Shown here piece after piece: positions 1 to 14,900 of a DNA stretch of 64,000 bases (positions are counted from its first letter, which is position 1; every line of letters begins with the position of its first letter). Position numbers and translations under genes: made by a program. Source of the stretch: Dimorphilus gyrociliatus (lineage: Eukaryota > Animalia > Annelida). The notes under the pieces are model-generated. The model worked only from the letters and a program-made list of their open reading frames with translations. It searched no databases and was not told the DNA's origin. The stretch is from NCBI GenBank assembly GCA_904063045.1, contig CAJFCJ010000025.1:1023955-1087954 (forward strand), written 5' to 3'.

Positions 1-3000
1 TGTTGGTGTAGAAGGAGATGTTGCTAAAATGACAACACCTGCTTTCAGCATAACAATGCCAAAAGTATGCTTCTCTTACTATTATCACATGTATGGCAGC
101 ATGGTCGGAAAACTTCAAGTGTTTCTGCAGTACAATGGCTTGTTTATTACTATTATAGGCATATCTATTTACTAAGACACATTTTCTTCTATATTATAGA
201 TAGTATAAACAATATAATATACCAGCACGCGTTAAATCATGGAAACAGATGGATTCTTAATGAAATACTGATTAAAAAATCTCAAAATACATCTCTTAGA
301 ATAGTCTTTCAAAGTATTCGCGGTTTTGATAGAAGTAATCTTTTAGGTTTAGATGATATAAGGCTCTACAATGGTTTCTGCGAAACACTTAGAGGTTATC
401 ATTAATCTCAACAAAAAATTATACAACACTAAATCAATATACCATGGCTTTTTTTCACAGATAAATGTATTAATTCAAGTTTTCAATGCAAAAACGGAAA
501 ATGTATTGACAAGAGTCTGGTTTGCAACGGAGAAAGCGAATGTTTCGACGGAAGTGACGAAAGCAATTGTTCCGATTGCCTACACGACATTCAAGGCAGA
601 TTCTACACAGGAAAACTTTCAACAACCGAATCTGGAAAGAGATGCATGAGTTGGAAAGAGGCTGTTGGCGAAACGCAAACCACCATCTCAGTAGAGACGG
701 GAGAGACGAGTTTGACAGAAATGACAAACTATTGCAGAAACGTTAACGGAAAGAAATCTCCGTGGTGTTACGTATCAAAAGAAAGATGGGAATTCTGCAG
801 CATTTCCAATTGCGGTACAAAGATTAATATTCCAATTCAAAAAATATCTCTTTCGCTTGAAACGAAAGAAACAATAAACTGTAAATATTTGCAGAATGCC
901 GAGAAAATCAATACAGATGCAACAATTCGGCTTGTATTTCTTCAAAACAAAGATGCAATGGAATATCGGAATGTCCTCATAAAGACGACGAAGAATCGTG
1001 CAGTAAGAATTCACAAGAACGTTCTTTCTAAGTTTAAAATCATAATTCCACTTAGATTCAACGATATCATGCGACTTTGACGATCCTTTTATGTGTGGAT
1101 ATTCAATAATACCATCCGATAATGGTTATAGATGGTTTAGATTTAATTTTAAAACGCCATCGGTAAACACGGGACCACACGCCGATCACACAACAATCCA
1201 TAAAACAGAAAGAGGTTAACAACTAATCATATTTAAAGCTGTATCACTACATAAGAATTCTCTTTTCAAGGTTTTTACATGTACGTCGAATCAACGCAGG
1301 AAGGAACATTTTTGAAAGGAGGGGATGAAACATATCTACTAAGTCCTCTCTCTCATATTTACGGAAATTTTTGTCTCAAATTCTTTCATCATTTAAAAGG
1401 CAGAGATATAAATATATTGAGAGTATACAGAAAGATTGGAGACATATATTCTCCATTAGGAAAACTAGAAGGTCAATCACAGAAATATATTTGGAAATCA
1501 TCGGAATATACAGTCAATAAAATCACTCATCAGATAGTATTTCATTATATTAGAGGAGTTGATTTCAGAAATGACCCTGGTATTGATGATGTTCTCCTAT
1601 ATCCTGGAAATTGTAAAAGTAACCAACATTAACATTCATAACATTCTCTTTATTTCATACTGATTTTAATGCCAAAACATTCCGTTCAGCTCATCGAACT
1701 TGTTCACATTTTGAATTTACTTGTTCCAATGGCCACTGCATCAACAACACTTACACTTGCGATGGATACGACAACTGTGGCGACTTTTCAGATGAACTAG
1801 TCTGCGGTATAACACCTCCTTCATTCCTATTATTCATTTAATCTATTCCATTTCTTTCCTCTCCTCTTCCTATAGAAACGGAATGCAAGAGATCTTTGCA
1901 AGAACAATGGTATATAGGGACGAGAAATGTTTCGCAAACTGGCAAAAAGTGTCTCTACTGGAGGAACATGTCAAACTCTTTCAAGATTCCCTATCGTTTC
2001 CCGGATGAAAGTCTGCAAAGTGCGGAGAATTATTGCAGAAATCCAACGAATAGAACGTTTGGTCCTTGGTGTTACGTTGATAAAGAGAGTGAAATGTGGG
2101 AATACTGCAATATCCCTAAATGTTCAGGTTTGTAGAATCAATAAGTTGAATAATAAAGAAAGTAAAAGAAAGTTGCAATCAGTTTTCCAAAGTTGTCAGT
2201 CGAACGAATTTCAATGCGCGAATGGAATGTGCATTGATAAAAAACACTTGTGCGACGGAGTAAACGACTGCAACGATAGATCGGATGAAATGGAGATTTG
2301 TGGATCGGCGTACAACATCTCGTGTGATTTCAGTGATCGTTATATGTGTGGCTACACAGACGATAGTCCTAATTGGAACTACAGATTTCAAAGGAAAGGT
2401 TCTTTTGATGGTTCAGTGCAATCAGTAATTCGGCTTTTAACTACAAAATGGGATGAGTGTTTTCATGAGGATACGGCTGGAATTGATTATGAAGGAAATG
2501 TTCAGATTCGAAGTGATGGAATCACTTGTCAGAAATGGAATGTGCAATTTCCTACTGCGCACGCTTTTTATATGAATGAGTTTTTCCCTGAAAAAAGTGT
2601 AGCCAAAGCTGAAAATTATTGCAGGTAATAAATTGTTTTCTCATGCAATGAAAGTGTAAAAATGTCTTTTCTTCTCAGAAATCCAGCTGTCTATGTTCCT
2701 GGAAAGAAGTATTCTCTTGCTCCACATTGCTTGTCGTCCGATCCAGAGATTTCCTATTATAGATATTGCTCTATTCCATTATGCAAAAGTAGTTTAAATG
2801 TTTTCACAGAATTTCTGATCTGTTTACAAAATTCATGCAATTAGATACATTTATAAAGACAAAACCATCGACTGAACAAGGCCAAATAGCCAAATTCAAC
2901 AGTCCTAAAAGTCAAGGCTTTGGAGACTCATGTATCCAATTCGCTTACATGTTGATTGGAGATGACGCCGGATCTCTAAAATTAATGTGCAGCTAATTTT

Positions 3001-6000
3001 TGTATCCTTATCTTCCCTATTTTTTTCAGAGTTAAATCTGTTTTTTGAATTGTTAAACAGGTTGAATACTAACAGCACCACTCGTTTGTTGTGGTTTACG
3101 GAGGGTAAGAAGGCGTCAACTTGGATTGAGGCGTCTGTTGATTTCACATCGAATGACGAATTCTATTTGACTTTCCAAAGCGAATCTGGATTGAAAAGTC
3201 CAGGCGTCGCGTTGAAATACGTGAACATCAGACGAGGTTTCTGCCATATTCAAAGTAATCATCATTGAATGATTTTGCCAAAGAGCACAATTAATTCTAT
3301 AATGAAAATATTGTTTGCAGACGATTGCGTAGGAAAATTTTCATGCAAAGCTGATTCGAAATGTATAGAATCATCAAAAGTTTGCGACCATCTTGTTGAT
3401 TGTATTGACGAATCTGATGAAGTTTCGTGTAGTAAGTTTCCGTCCACTTTATCTTCAAGCTTGAGAATTTGACTTTTTATTTGCGAATTTTCTATTCAGA
3501 ATGTTTGGATGACGAATACAAATGTAGGAATGGAAAATGTGTCAGTCGTAATAAATTACTCGATGGCATAAATGATTGTTATGATAACTCGGATGAAGAT
3601 CATTCAAACCTCGATAGTCTAATTAGGGAAAAGAAAAATTGGAAGAATATAAAAATGTTTGAAAAGAACAGCAATTTTCTAATTAATCGAACCATGTTTG
3701 CGGAAAAGGATTGGGAACCAAAGATAAATGGAGCTCACTTTGTCAGATTTCTCACTGAAATGAGTCATCAAAGATCTGACTTAATATCAGAGTTTGTTAT
3801 AATTTTTTCTATTGTTTGTCCTTTTCATTAGAGTTGCGTTTTGTTTTTGCAGTTGCGATTGGAGAGGAAGCCCGTGCAAGTACCAAAATGTTAAAATATT
3901 AGATAGATTTACGGATCATGGTCAATGCTTTTCGTTCAGTCGGAAAGGAGATAATGATACTCTTCTCGTTACAGAATCAGGTTGACTTTGGTCCCTTCAA
4001 AATTTTCTTTCAAGATCTTTTTTGGTCGATTGTTTTAGAATTAAATTTTAACTGAGTTGTGTTTCAGGTGCTCAAGCCGGACTGAGATTAACTTTGAATA
4101 TCGAATCGTACGAATACATGATTGGTCCTCACACCAATAAAGGAATTAAAGTATTGTCGTCCAAATCTTCTGTTATTCTTCCGATGTATCTACGTTTCCT
4201 GTTTCTTTTCAGGTTTACTTGCACGATGCAAATGAAACACCGAGAATAAATCATTTAGGATTCTCGTTAGCTCCTGGCTTTCACCATTCTATTGCCATAA
4301 AGAATACGAAGGTTTCACATAGTTTTATCTGTCTAATGCCACGTATGATAACGTTGCTTGTTTGTTTCGCTACAGGTTTATAATCTGGAAAAGCCATGGG
4401 GAAATTGTGGTCGAAGTGAATTAACACATTTTGCAGACTACACTGCGAATAAATGTAATCTGGACTGTACGATTAAGGATATCTATAACAAATGTGGATG
4501 TCTGGCTCCGTATATGAATACTAAATTAAGTGAGTTGTTTTTGCTGTATTTTATTAATTAATTTAGCTATTTGTGAATGATATTTCTGATAAAAAGATAG
4601 GACTTATTGTGGATTCTATGATTATTTTAATTGCATTATTAAGGAAGGTAATAAATTTTTACAATTTTTTATCTTTACTAATTTTAATATGTTAACGTGT
4701 TTTGCTTAGAGGAAAATAGTCAAATTTCATTAAATAATTCCTGTAAATGTCAACAAGCTTGCTTCCAGAACGTTTACGAAGTTTGTTATTATTTCATAAT
4801 TCGTCCTAGTTTGAGAATAAGCATTTTTATTGTTGAACTCTTTTAGCCGGTTATATCATCATCGGCTCTTTCGGATCTCAGTGTCGAGAGAATCTTACAA
4901 TTTGAAAATGAATCTTTACAGATAGAGTATGAGAATGCCGTGGATGTTAAAGCTAGATCAAGAATTACGGATTATTCAAATGAAATTACCATATTTTTTA
5001 CGTTATACAACACTTTAGATAGCGTTCAAGAATTTTTTTTCAATAATATTGCTATAAGTGGAATTGGCGGAATATCTAACAAGATTGAAAGTGCAACAAT
5101 TTTCTATATGAACAAAACAAACGAAGATTTAGGAATAATGAAAAATTATCTTCGTACATCTATCCAGAATTTTGAAGACAAACTTTTGAAAAAACACCAA
5201 AAGTTTGAAGCCAGCTTCAAGAATGTGGAAGATAAAATTGCGTTTTTCCGACACACCGAATATTCTCAACTATTCAATAAAACCATTTTAGAAAATGTAA
5301 TGGAAAATTTAATACAGAATTTGAGTTCTTTGATTTCCAATGAAAGCTTTAACGCTATTAAGTTAAATGTTCGCATCTTATCAAATTGTTTGAGAGAAAC
5401 TGAAAATATACAAATGCATTTAGTGAATTTAGCAACAAAGTTATCGGATATGCAGCTATACAGTTCTACATTTCAAAATTTATCAATTTCAGTAAGAAAG
5501 TATTTAGGATGCTTTCAAAATATTCAAAAAACCATCATAGCTGCTAAAAGATCCATCGAAATGTTTGACGAAGAATTCGAGACATTTTCTAGTGAGAGAC
5601 AAGATATGTTCAGCTTTCTACAGAATTCCAACTACGATCTTGTTATTAATAAAGAGAAAGCGATGTTTGCAGAAATTATTCGTTTATATCTTTCCGGTCA
5701 AAGCATCATTAAACTCTCTCGAAAATATCCAACAGATTTATTTGAAAAATCAAAGTTAAACGTGAATTTCTTAATTTCTCTCTTCAGAACAAAATTCACT
5801 GAAGTATATAAAATGTCAATAATACGTTTAAACAATGAAATTGTTAAACGATACTCTAAAACTATAGAAATCGCTAAGACCCTGAAAGATATTTTAGGAG
5901 AAGATAAGATTAGAGAAATAATAAATTCCTTTTCAATTTGGAAGAGATATTCATTATCTCTATTAAATAAAAAGGTCACTTTTACCAGGACCAGAGATAA

Positions 6001-6588
6001 CACTCCTATTCAAACCGAAGATTTTAAAGTTATTGGTGAGGTGATAAAAGATAATGTAGGCCTATATTTAACGCCTATTACGAATAGTCTGAACCATTTT
6101 CAAGAGTTGGTAGACGGCTATATAGTGAGGTTGAAAATGTCGTTGGACGACGTTCTGGACATGTTTCACAGATATAAAAAAAAGGCCGAGTTGGGTTCGG
6201 ATTTCGTTAAGGAAAATTTCCTCATCGTCGACGTTTTCTTTGGCGAATTAAGCTATTCGAAAATCACGCAGAGAAGGGCATTTAACATCGAAGAACTCTT
6301 AGGTAATCTCTCTTTATATTATCACTTATACTGATAACTCTCTCTTCATTTCACTTCCATGTTTCAGGCAACGTTGGAGGTTTTATGGGTCTTTTATTAG
6401 GAGCCAGCGTTTTAACCGTCTTTGAGCTATTGGATTTGTTAATATATAACATTTTGCTAAAACTTTCCAATGGTAGTCATACAGTAAAGAGTGATGGTGT
6501 TGTTTTGGAAAATGAACTAGTTAAAAATAATCTAGTTCAAATGAAGGAATTGGAAAATTTCACAACAAGCTCTATAAAGTATGCATAA
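1..6588 (+). CDS. DEG/ENaC (ASIC/FaNaC-superfamily) channel subunit with MAM/kringle/LDLa ectodomain array, paralog A (multi-exon; 5' part outside window)
   Basis: Spliced exons give MAM, LDLa and kringle (NYCRN..PWCY..WEYC) modules. These are followed by DEG/ENaC hallmarks: [31 protein letters not shown], a Cys-rich thumb ([20 protein letters not shown]), [23 protein letters not shown], and TM2 [26 protein letters not shown] with the GAS filter. Stop at 6586-6588. Confidence 0.92.
500..4440 (+). repeat. Near-identical tract A=B (copy at about 13713-17653, offset 13213)
   Basis: Direct comparison: exons and introns match apart from scattered SNPs; the sequence diverges on either side. Confidence 0.95.
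5845..6452 (+). repeat. Near-identical tract A=B (copy at about 19040-19647, offset 13195)
   Basis: Identical C-terminal third of the large exon, the intron and the TM2 exon. A shorter similar patch lies at about 5683-5758 / 18878-18953. Confidence 0.95.
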
Positions 6589-7067
6589 TAAAAGATAATA
6601 GCCTCCGTGACCTAAATAAATGTATTTAGACAAGAATTGTTATATAGAATATGACAAGATGTTTATACATATACCATTACTTCAAATGATTGAAGATCAA
6701 TCGACTGGCGTTAGGTTCAAACAAATGTACATTTCGTATTTTATCAATTATCACTTTTATTGGAATATCGAATCATTCTTATTTTTTGTCGTATTTAAAT
6801 GTTTACTTTTACTAGTGTTTCTCTTTAAAAAGAAGAGAGCCATTCTTCCATTTAAGTGATAAAACTTCTTAAAACGTTGGAAAACATATCTCTATTTAAA
6901 CTGAAAAGCTAATTATAATCTTTTATGTCCATAGACAATATACGTTCCTTATTTTCTTTCAATAAAGTAGATTCTTACATAACTGTTTAGCTAATATTTT
7001 ATTACTGTATTTAACATACGACACGATTATAGATTGTGGGAAGAGGGTTTTGTATAGTTAAATGGTT

Positions 7068-7072
<5 letters not shown>

Positions 7073-7125
<53 letters not shown>

Positions 7126-7135
7126 AAGAGGGAGA
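7073..7135. repeat. Compound (TA)n(GA)n microsatellite; similar ones at about 8440-8500, 29985-30045, 36935-36965, 40018-40090, 42470-42545 and 61360-61422
   Basis: Dinucleotide and tetranucleotide runs visible directly. Confidence 0.95.
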
Positions 7136-8432
7136 GTACAGGAAATATTTAATACAATACGTATTTAAATAAGCAACTCGTCATAAAGAAATATTGAGAT
7201 AATGTTGGAAAACTTGAACTGAGGAGACTTTTTCTTAATTAAAAAATGATGTTACTTAATTAATAAGGGCTAGAGAAAGAAATATTGAGGAGAAAAGCAA
7301 ACATTGTTTATTTATAGGCTGGTTTTTATCTATCCCTAAACAGAAGAAAGTACTCATATAAACTGAAGTTTCATTAGAAATAGTCCCAATAGAGAGTTTG
7401 TTTTTGTCTTTCTTTATGTTGAAAACTAGTCTGTTAGGTGTTTCAGAAATTGATATATGAAATATGAGCAATTTTATGAATCTGTAAATAAATTATTATC
7501 GTATTTAATTAGCATAACGAGCCTGCCTCGAACAAAACATAAAGCACCATAACACAGTAATTTAGTGAAAGGAAACTGAAAGAGATCGTAGAATAATGAG
7601 AAGAGAAGGGGGCAAAAATGAGAGACAGAGAATGATAATTATATACTCGAATGACTTTTGATAGTGACTGTAATAATGACGATGAAGACTAGATGATTTA
7701 CAGATGGATGACATAAAGCCGCAAAGTGGCATATATAGCAATACATATATGTATGTACATATTTATACAATTGTAAAATCGGTTTATGTATTATTTATAA
7801 CTTGTACAGAGAGAAAAGAGCTATAACAAAGTCTTATTCGCTCATTATTTCAATAATTTAATTATAAGATAAAAGCTAACTGATATGATAGACATAATAT
7901 ATATTTCTATACATCGCTCTCTAAGGTTTTATCAAAGTTTTTGTATGTTTGTTCCAGCTGCGAAAAGACTATTTAATACTGTAGTCAGTCTGTTTTAGAT
8001 GTTCTGAACATGTGGCAGATAGTCTCTATTCTATTCAAAAGCAGAAAATATGGTCAATTTATTTCCACTGTGCAAATTCAAGTTTATTTCGTTCATGTCT
8101 TTCACCTTTTTATCGAGTAGTAAACAGATAGAGTGCGTAACAATAACTTTTCTGAAAAATTCTCCACTGTTCCTCCCCCTCCACCCCCTCCCCACCCCCT
8201 CTCTCTCTCAAATGCCAAAAGTTTTGGCTAAATAAGAGTTTCACACATTACTAAAAGTTCGTAAAAGTTAGAGGAGAGACCTTGTGTGCAAGAAGAAGAA
8301 GAAGAATTAGAAGAAGAAAAAAACATTACTAGTTCTTGAAGATAATATATGAATAAATTATTGATTTTATTTACCGTTATTATTAAACGCTTGGGCAATA
8401 AATGGAAGCGCAATATAACTGTTTATATGAAT

Positions 8433-8501
<69 letters not shown>

Positions 8502-8956
8502 AACTTTTGCTCTTATTCACTGCAAATGAAATATTCGACCAAGTACAAACGGATTCTGAGCAAACTCATCTAACAAAGGTAATAAGAATTTATCTAGAAT
8601 TGCATAAAACTTTTTAAACTATTATCTATTAATTAACTAGTAGATATAAAATAAAGTATAGCGACATTATTAAATTTGTGAATAATTAACGCAATGCACT
8701 CAAAACGTTTTAACCCAACATATAAAATAATGATAGCCAGTAAATCAATAACATAGGTTTCTCCAAAGTTGAAAGTAGTCAGTGGAACTTTATCATTTTA
8801 AGTAATTTATCTTCAACATTTTAATTATACTACAAAATAACATTCAAACCGAGTCTACTTATGTAATTTTAATATATGCTATATTTATAAAAACAGAACA
8901 AGACTGGCAGTATTTCAGATGCATGTTTACCGTCAATCAAGTAAGGCTTAATCAGC

Positions 8957-11900
8957 ATGACTGAAGAGAATTTTACGTGGAAGCAGCTTTTCTTTGAATT
9001 TTCTCAAGATACAACATTTCATGGAGTAAAATATATAGCAAAGCCTACTAAATTTCAACTTCGAAGGTAAAGTTTATCTATTGATTAAACTATTAAGACA
9101 AAAATAAGTTAAACATTATCGGTCGTTCTTTCTACGCCTACTCCTTTCTCTCTCTCTCTCTCTGCATCTTTGTCTCTCTGTAGACAAAGACAACTACAAG
9201 TCTGTTTTTAAACATAACTTATCTCTTTTATTGTTAGAATTATGTTTTTTATAATTAGCAATTATATCGTACAAAATTCTAGTACAAAAGTCCTCTGAAA
9301 CAATTAACGGACAATCATAGAAAATGCCCCTATTCAATTCTAACATTTTTTACGTTTCTATTCAGAATACAACAATAATAGTCAACATCTCATTTGAATG
9401 AAAATTAACGAAAAATAATAAGCAAATTATCATAATTTAATTATTCTATATAGCTACGAAATATCATGTCGTTTAACACTAATACTTTCTTCTTCATAAA
9501 TTAATTCATCATCAATTTCCACTCTTCAATTTCTTCAACAAAACATAAATTTCCACTTCCAATAAACCAAAGTACAAAGAAAAAGAGAGAGACAAGGAAA
9601 GAGATAATTTACCCTTCCACTTCAATCATCTCCTACATAAATTATAAATTTCCTTATTATTTAATTGTGACTCATAAATTTAGTATAATGTTGACACGAT
9701 ATGTATTTTAAACATCATTTGTACATTATTTTCCCGTTTTATGTTCCAGGTTGATTTGGATCCTAATTATCCTTTGTGCATCAACATTCTTCACTTACAT
9801 AGTTGTCATTCGATTTATGGATTACTTCAGTTATCCTAAAGCAGTTGATGTCGAAGTTTTGTATACTAAACAACTCGAATATCCAGTTATTACACTCTGC
9901 AATCAAAACGTCTACAGAGCATCAGCAACTGTAGAAACGGGCGTCTTCGACGCTTTTGAATCATATTTTACTAAAACTACACAAAACAAAGGTACGCCTC
10001 TAGTTGTACCTATTCATATTAATAATTATTAATTATTAATCCTATCTGCCTAATTATCTTTATGATTTTTATGTAAATTTCTCTCTGTAACTTACCAATT
10101 CCAATATTTCTTCACTTAGATACAGAGTGTCAAGATGGTTTTCAAGTGCTTCTCAATAGCGTCCTAATTCACCCTAGTAGCGTCTTCATTTCGGAAATTC
10201 ACGTAAATGTAACGCCTGGTGTTTGCAAATATACTTGTCTCAATTTGGCTTCGATTTCCTGCAATTCACTTTTATACTATCGATCAAATTTGACGTGTCT
10301 CTTACTTCAATCAAGTCATAAAACCCCAAATACTCTTTTACAAAATTTCCAAGGCGTCGATTACTACTCAAGGTCAAGACGCGACAGTCAGTTTACAATT
10401 ACACCTTCTTCTTTACCTTTCCACTATTATTCCTTTAATTCTCCTTCATTAATCTATTCAATGTGACACGTTTCAGGCAAAGAGAGCTTTTGCTCTTTCG
10501 ATTTAGACTTTTGCAACTTTCATCAAGTCAAATTTGACGATATCGACTGGCAGAGAAGAAAACTTGGCAATATTCAAACTCTTTCCGGACCGGACAACGA
10601 TCATACAACCGGATCCGGATATTTTCTCTTTTTGGAGGGGGGCAAAGAGCAAATGGGACGTTTAATTTCGTCTTGGCATTCGGCGAAAACTTGGAAGACG
10701 AGCTGCGTTACTTTCTATTATTTCATGTATGGATCATCGGTTAATAAATTACAGTTTTACGTTGTTGACCCTGACAACTATAGCTATAAACTTTGGGAAA
10801 AATCCGGATGTCAAGGAAACAGATGGTCAGTTGAACGAAACGGAAACGTCAATGCAAAAGTATTGTCTAAACCATTGTGTTCTTTAACAGGCGAAAAGCG
10901 AGTGTCAGTGTAAACCTTGAATTGTTCCAAATTCGGTTCGATGGCTACACCGGAAGAGCAGATCGCCACGTTATTGCTGTCGATGACGTGTCTATCAAGC
11001 AATGCCATAGAGGTAACGATGGAATATCGATTCAAAACTGCTCTATTCTATTCATAATTATGATTTTCAGAGTCGCAAGATTGCAGAAATGATAAAACGG
11101 GAGATTTATACAGAGGAAATCAATCATTTAGTATAAATAATAGACGTTGTTTATACTGGAATGATGTTCATTCTGTCGAGTTGTTGTTCTTTGAGGACGA
11201 AACAATTCGGCAGACTAAAAACTTTTGTAGGAATCCTGGAGGTAGAAAATCCGAACCTTGGTGTTTCGTACAACGAAACCCTCTTCTTTGGGAATATTGT
11301 AATATTCCTTTATGCGGTTCGTAAGAAAATGATCATTTTTCCAGTTCGGTAATCGTCTCTTGTATTCTTTTTCGTAGAAAGCATCGATTCAACAAATAAG
11401 ACGATTTCAAAAGTCGGCGCTAAAAAGGGCGCTGACTACGGTAGGTTTTATTCATTGTTCATGATTTATCGAAGAGAAATTCAGATATTTCAAAGATAAA
11501 AAGTGTTTTTATAATAATTTTATAGAAGTATCGATCAGCTGCGCATTTGAAAATTCATTTATTTGCGGTTACACGATTGCTTCCGATTCTGAATCTTTCA
11601 TCTTTAAATTGGAAAATGGACGATATCTACAACTGCATTTTGGCCCTGGAATGGATAGTACTTACTATAGTCCTCTCAAAGGTTCCTCTTTTCCTTTTCT
11701 CTTTGTCAATCGATCATCAATTCCGTCTCTCCCTCTCTTTCTTGTCGTTTAGGGAATTATCTCTACGTTGACAGTCAACTGGCCGTTGAAAATTCCAAAT
11801 CGTGGATTACTTCTCCTCAAATTTTCCTTCGTCAATTATCGTGTTTGTCGTTCGTTTGTTCTAAGAAAGGACTAAACTCCCTCGACGTGTATCTTCTTAA

Positions 11901-14900
11901 AGAGGGAAATCTTCGAATTCCCCTCTACGAAGTTGACGAGTCGACTGTTGGTTGGAGTGAAAAGACTGTTGCAATTCGTTATTGGCCAAAAATTTCATTC
12001 GGGTTGACGAGCATAGTCTTTGAAGCTGTTCACAAATTTGGATACGACAACTCTTTGGCAATTGATGATGTGAAATTCAACGAAGGTTACTGTTCAATTG
12101 CAGGTAAGTCTGTTTTATTAAACTGCAATAATTTACTCTACTGATTGTCACGACGGTTGTTTCCAGAATGCGAAAGTGGGAAATATCAATGCCAAAATGG
12201 AAAATGCATTAGCAATGAGCAAATATGCGATGGAATAAACGATTGTTTCGATAATAGCGACGAAGAGATTCCGTGTTGTAAATAGATTTCTTTACTCTAT
12301 TAATGATAGGTTTCTTGAAAAGACTCTAATGAGGAAACTCTCTTTCTCGACAGCATCGTTTGATTGTAACTTTGATGGTAAAACCTTATGTGGTTATTTA
12401 TTAGAAAGCTCTGTTAGCTACTTTAAATGGAAAAAGATTCTGATAGACAATTCTACTAACTGTACGTATTTGTGTTCATATTGGTGTATTGACAGAATCT
12501 CGTACATTTTTCAAATGACTCATAAAATATTTCATTAGTTTAAGTAGTCTATAAATAATTAAAATAATTACTAATTGAATAGTCCAACAGCTCATTATAT
12601 TACTTTGTCTTGATATATTGATTCTCTTAATCAAGATTTTTTTTATAGTGTTCTTCTTGGGAACCTACAGCTACGGTCCAAGATTTATTTCTGCAGCCAA
12701 GATTCGATCTCCTATTGTTGAGACAAATGAACGAACGTGTGCCAAATTCTATAGTTTGTTTAATTCTTCTCTTCCCGCTGTGCTTAAAATTTCAGCACAT
12801 CTTGAAAGCAGAGAATCACAACTGTTAGCGACGATTTCGAATCTACCTAATCAGCAAATAATGGAGAATATAATTCCTCTACCACCGAATAAAAAATTGT
12901 CGGTATGGTTCGAATCTTTTATGGATACTTTTGGACATGAGGTTTACATTGGGAAAATATCACTTGATCGAAATTGCTCTACCTACGAAACTGAAATTAA
13001 TGTTAATTGTACGTTTGAATCGGAAATCATTTGCGGCTATATTATTGAATATGAAAAACACGGATACTCTTGGACAAGGATTAAAAAGAGCACTTCAGTC
13101 AATAATGGTCCAAAAATGGATCATACCCTCCAAAACACTAGTTAGAAAAACATAATGTATTTCCATAATATATAAAAAATATTTCGTTTCATCCAATAGA
13201 TGGATTCAGTATGGTGACTCGAGGTTTGGTGGGAACAGAGGGCGATATTGCCAGAATGTCTTCTCCACTATTTGTTCCAAAGTCTAAATTCGCATGTCTT
13301 TCATATTACTATCATATGTTTGGGAGTATGTTAGGAAAATTAATAATATATTTCCAATACACAAGTCTGTAGGATATTATAAAAGAATCTTCATCTTGAT
13401 AACTAACCTTCTTTTATACAGATAAACTTATACGTCGGGCATTTCAACATGAGTTTAACCAAGGCGATGTATGGCTCCACAACGAAATTCTTATTCGTAA
13501 TCAACAAAATGTAGAAATGAAAGTGATCTTTGAAAGTATTCGCGGTTTTGATAGAAGTAATAAAATGGCATTGGATGATATTTCTTTCTATAATGGATTT
13601 TGTCAAACTCTTCAAGGTTTCCTCCAATCCTTTTTTCATTCTTACACAACAAAATCACTTTATATTCATGCAGCTCAATGCCTCAATTCGAGCTTTCAAT
13701 GCCAAAATGGCCAATGTATTGACAAGAGTCTGGTTTGCAACGGAGAAAGCGAATGTTTCGACGGAAGTGACGAAAGCAATTGTTCCGATTGCCTACATGA
13801 CATTCAAGGCAGATTCTACACAGGAAAACTTTCAACAACCGAATCTGGAAAGAGATGCATGAGTTGGAAAGAGGCTGTTGGCGAAACGCAAACCACCATC
13901 TCAGTAGAGACGGGAGAGACGAGTTTGACAGAAATGAAAAACTATTGCAGAAACGTTAACGGAAAGAAATCTCCTTGGTGTTACGTATCAAAAGAAAGAT
14001 GGGAATTCTGCAGCATTTCCAATTGCGGTACAAAGATTGATATTCCAATTCAAAAAATATCTCTTTCGCTTGAAACGAAAGAAACAATAAACTGTAAATA
14101 TTTGCAGAATGCCGAGAAAATCAATACAGATGCAACAATTCGGCTTGTATTTCTTCAAAACAAAGATGCAATGGAATATCGGAGTGTCCTCATAAAGACG
14201 ACGAAGAATCGTGCAGTAAGAATTCACAAGAACGTTCTTTCTAAGTTTAAAATCATAATTCCACTTAGATTCAACGATATCATGCGACTTTGACGATCCT
14301 TTTATGTGTGGATATTCAATAATACCATCCGATAATGGTTATAGATGGTTTAGATTTAATTTTAAAACGCCATCGGTAAACACGGGACCACACGCCGATC
14401 ACACAACAATCAATAAAACAGAAAGAGGTTAACAACTAATCATATTTAAAGCTGTATCACTACATAAGAATTCTCTTTTCAAGGTTTTTACATGTACGTC
14501 GAATCAACGCAGGAAGGAACATTTTTGAAAGGAGGGGATGAAACATATCTACTAAGTCCTCTCTCTCATATTTACGGAAATTTTTGTCTCAAATTCTTTC
14601 ATCATTTAAAAGGCAGAGATATAAATATATTGAGAGTATACAGAAAGATTGGAGACATATATTCTCCATTAGGAAAACTAGAAGGTCAATCACAGAAATA
14701 TATTTGGAAATCATCGGAATATACAGTCAATAAAATCACTCATCAGATAGTATTTCATTATATTAGAGGAGTTGATTTCAGAAATGACCCTGGTATTGAT
14801 GATGTTCTCCTATATCCTGGAAATTGTAAAAGTAACCAACATTAACATTCACAACATTCTCTTTATTTCATACTGATTTTAATGCCAAAACATTCCGTTC

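Noticed and set aside
646-2135. Kringles as plasminogen, apolipoprotein(a) or HGF
   Set aside because: No serine-protease domain follows; the kringles lie inside a gene that ends in a DEG/ENaC core.
2411-2446. 36-nt in-frame segment ([12 protein letters not shown]) as a decayed intron with AG changed to AA
   Set aside because: It is shorter than the other introns here (about 50 nt or more) and reads in frame; this cannot be decided without transcripts.
13517-14293. Long ORFs such as 13517-14293, 24852-25727 and 26648-27535 as single exons
   Set aside because: They read through stop-free short introns and change true frame; splice signals and domain boundaries show several exons.
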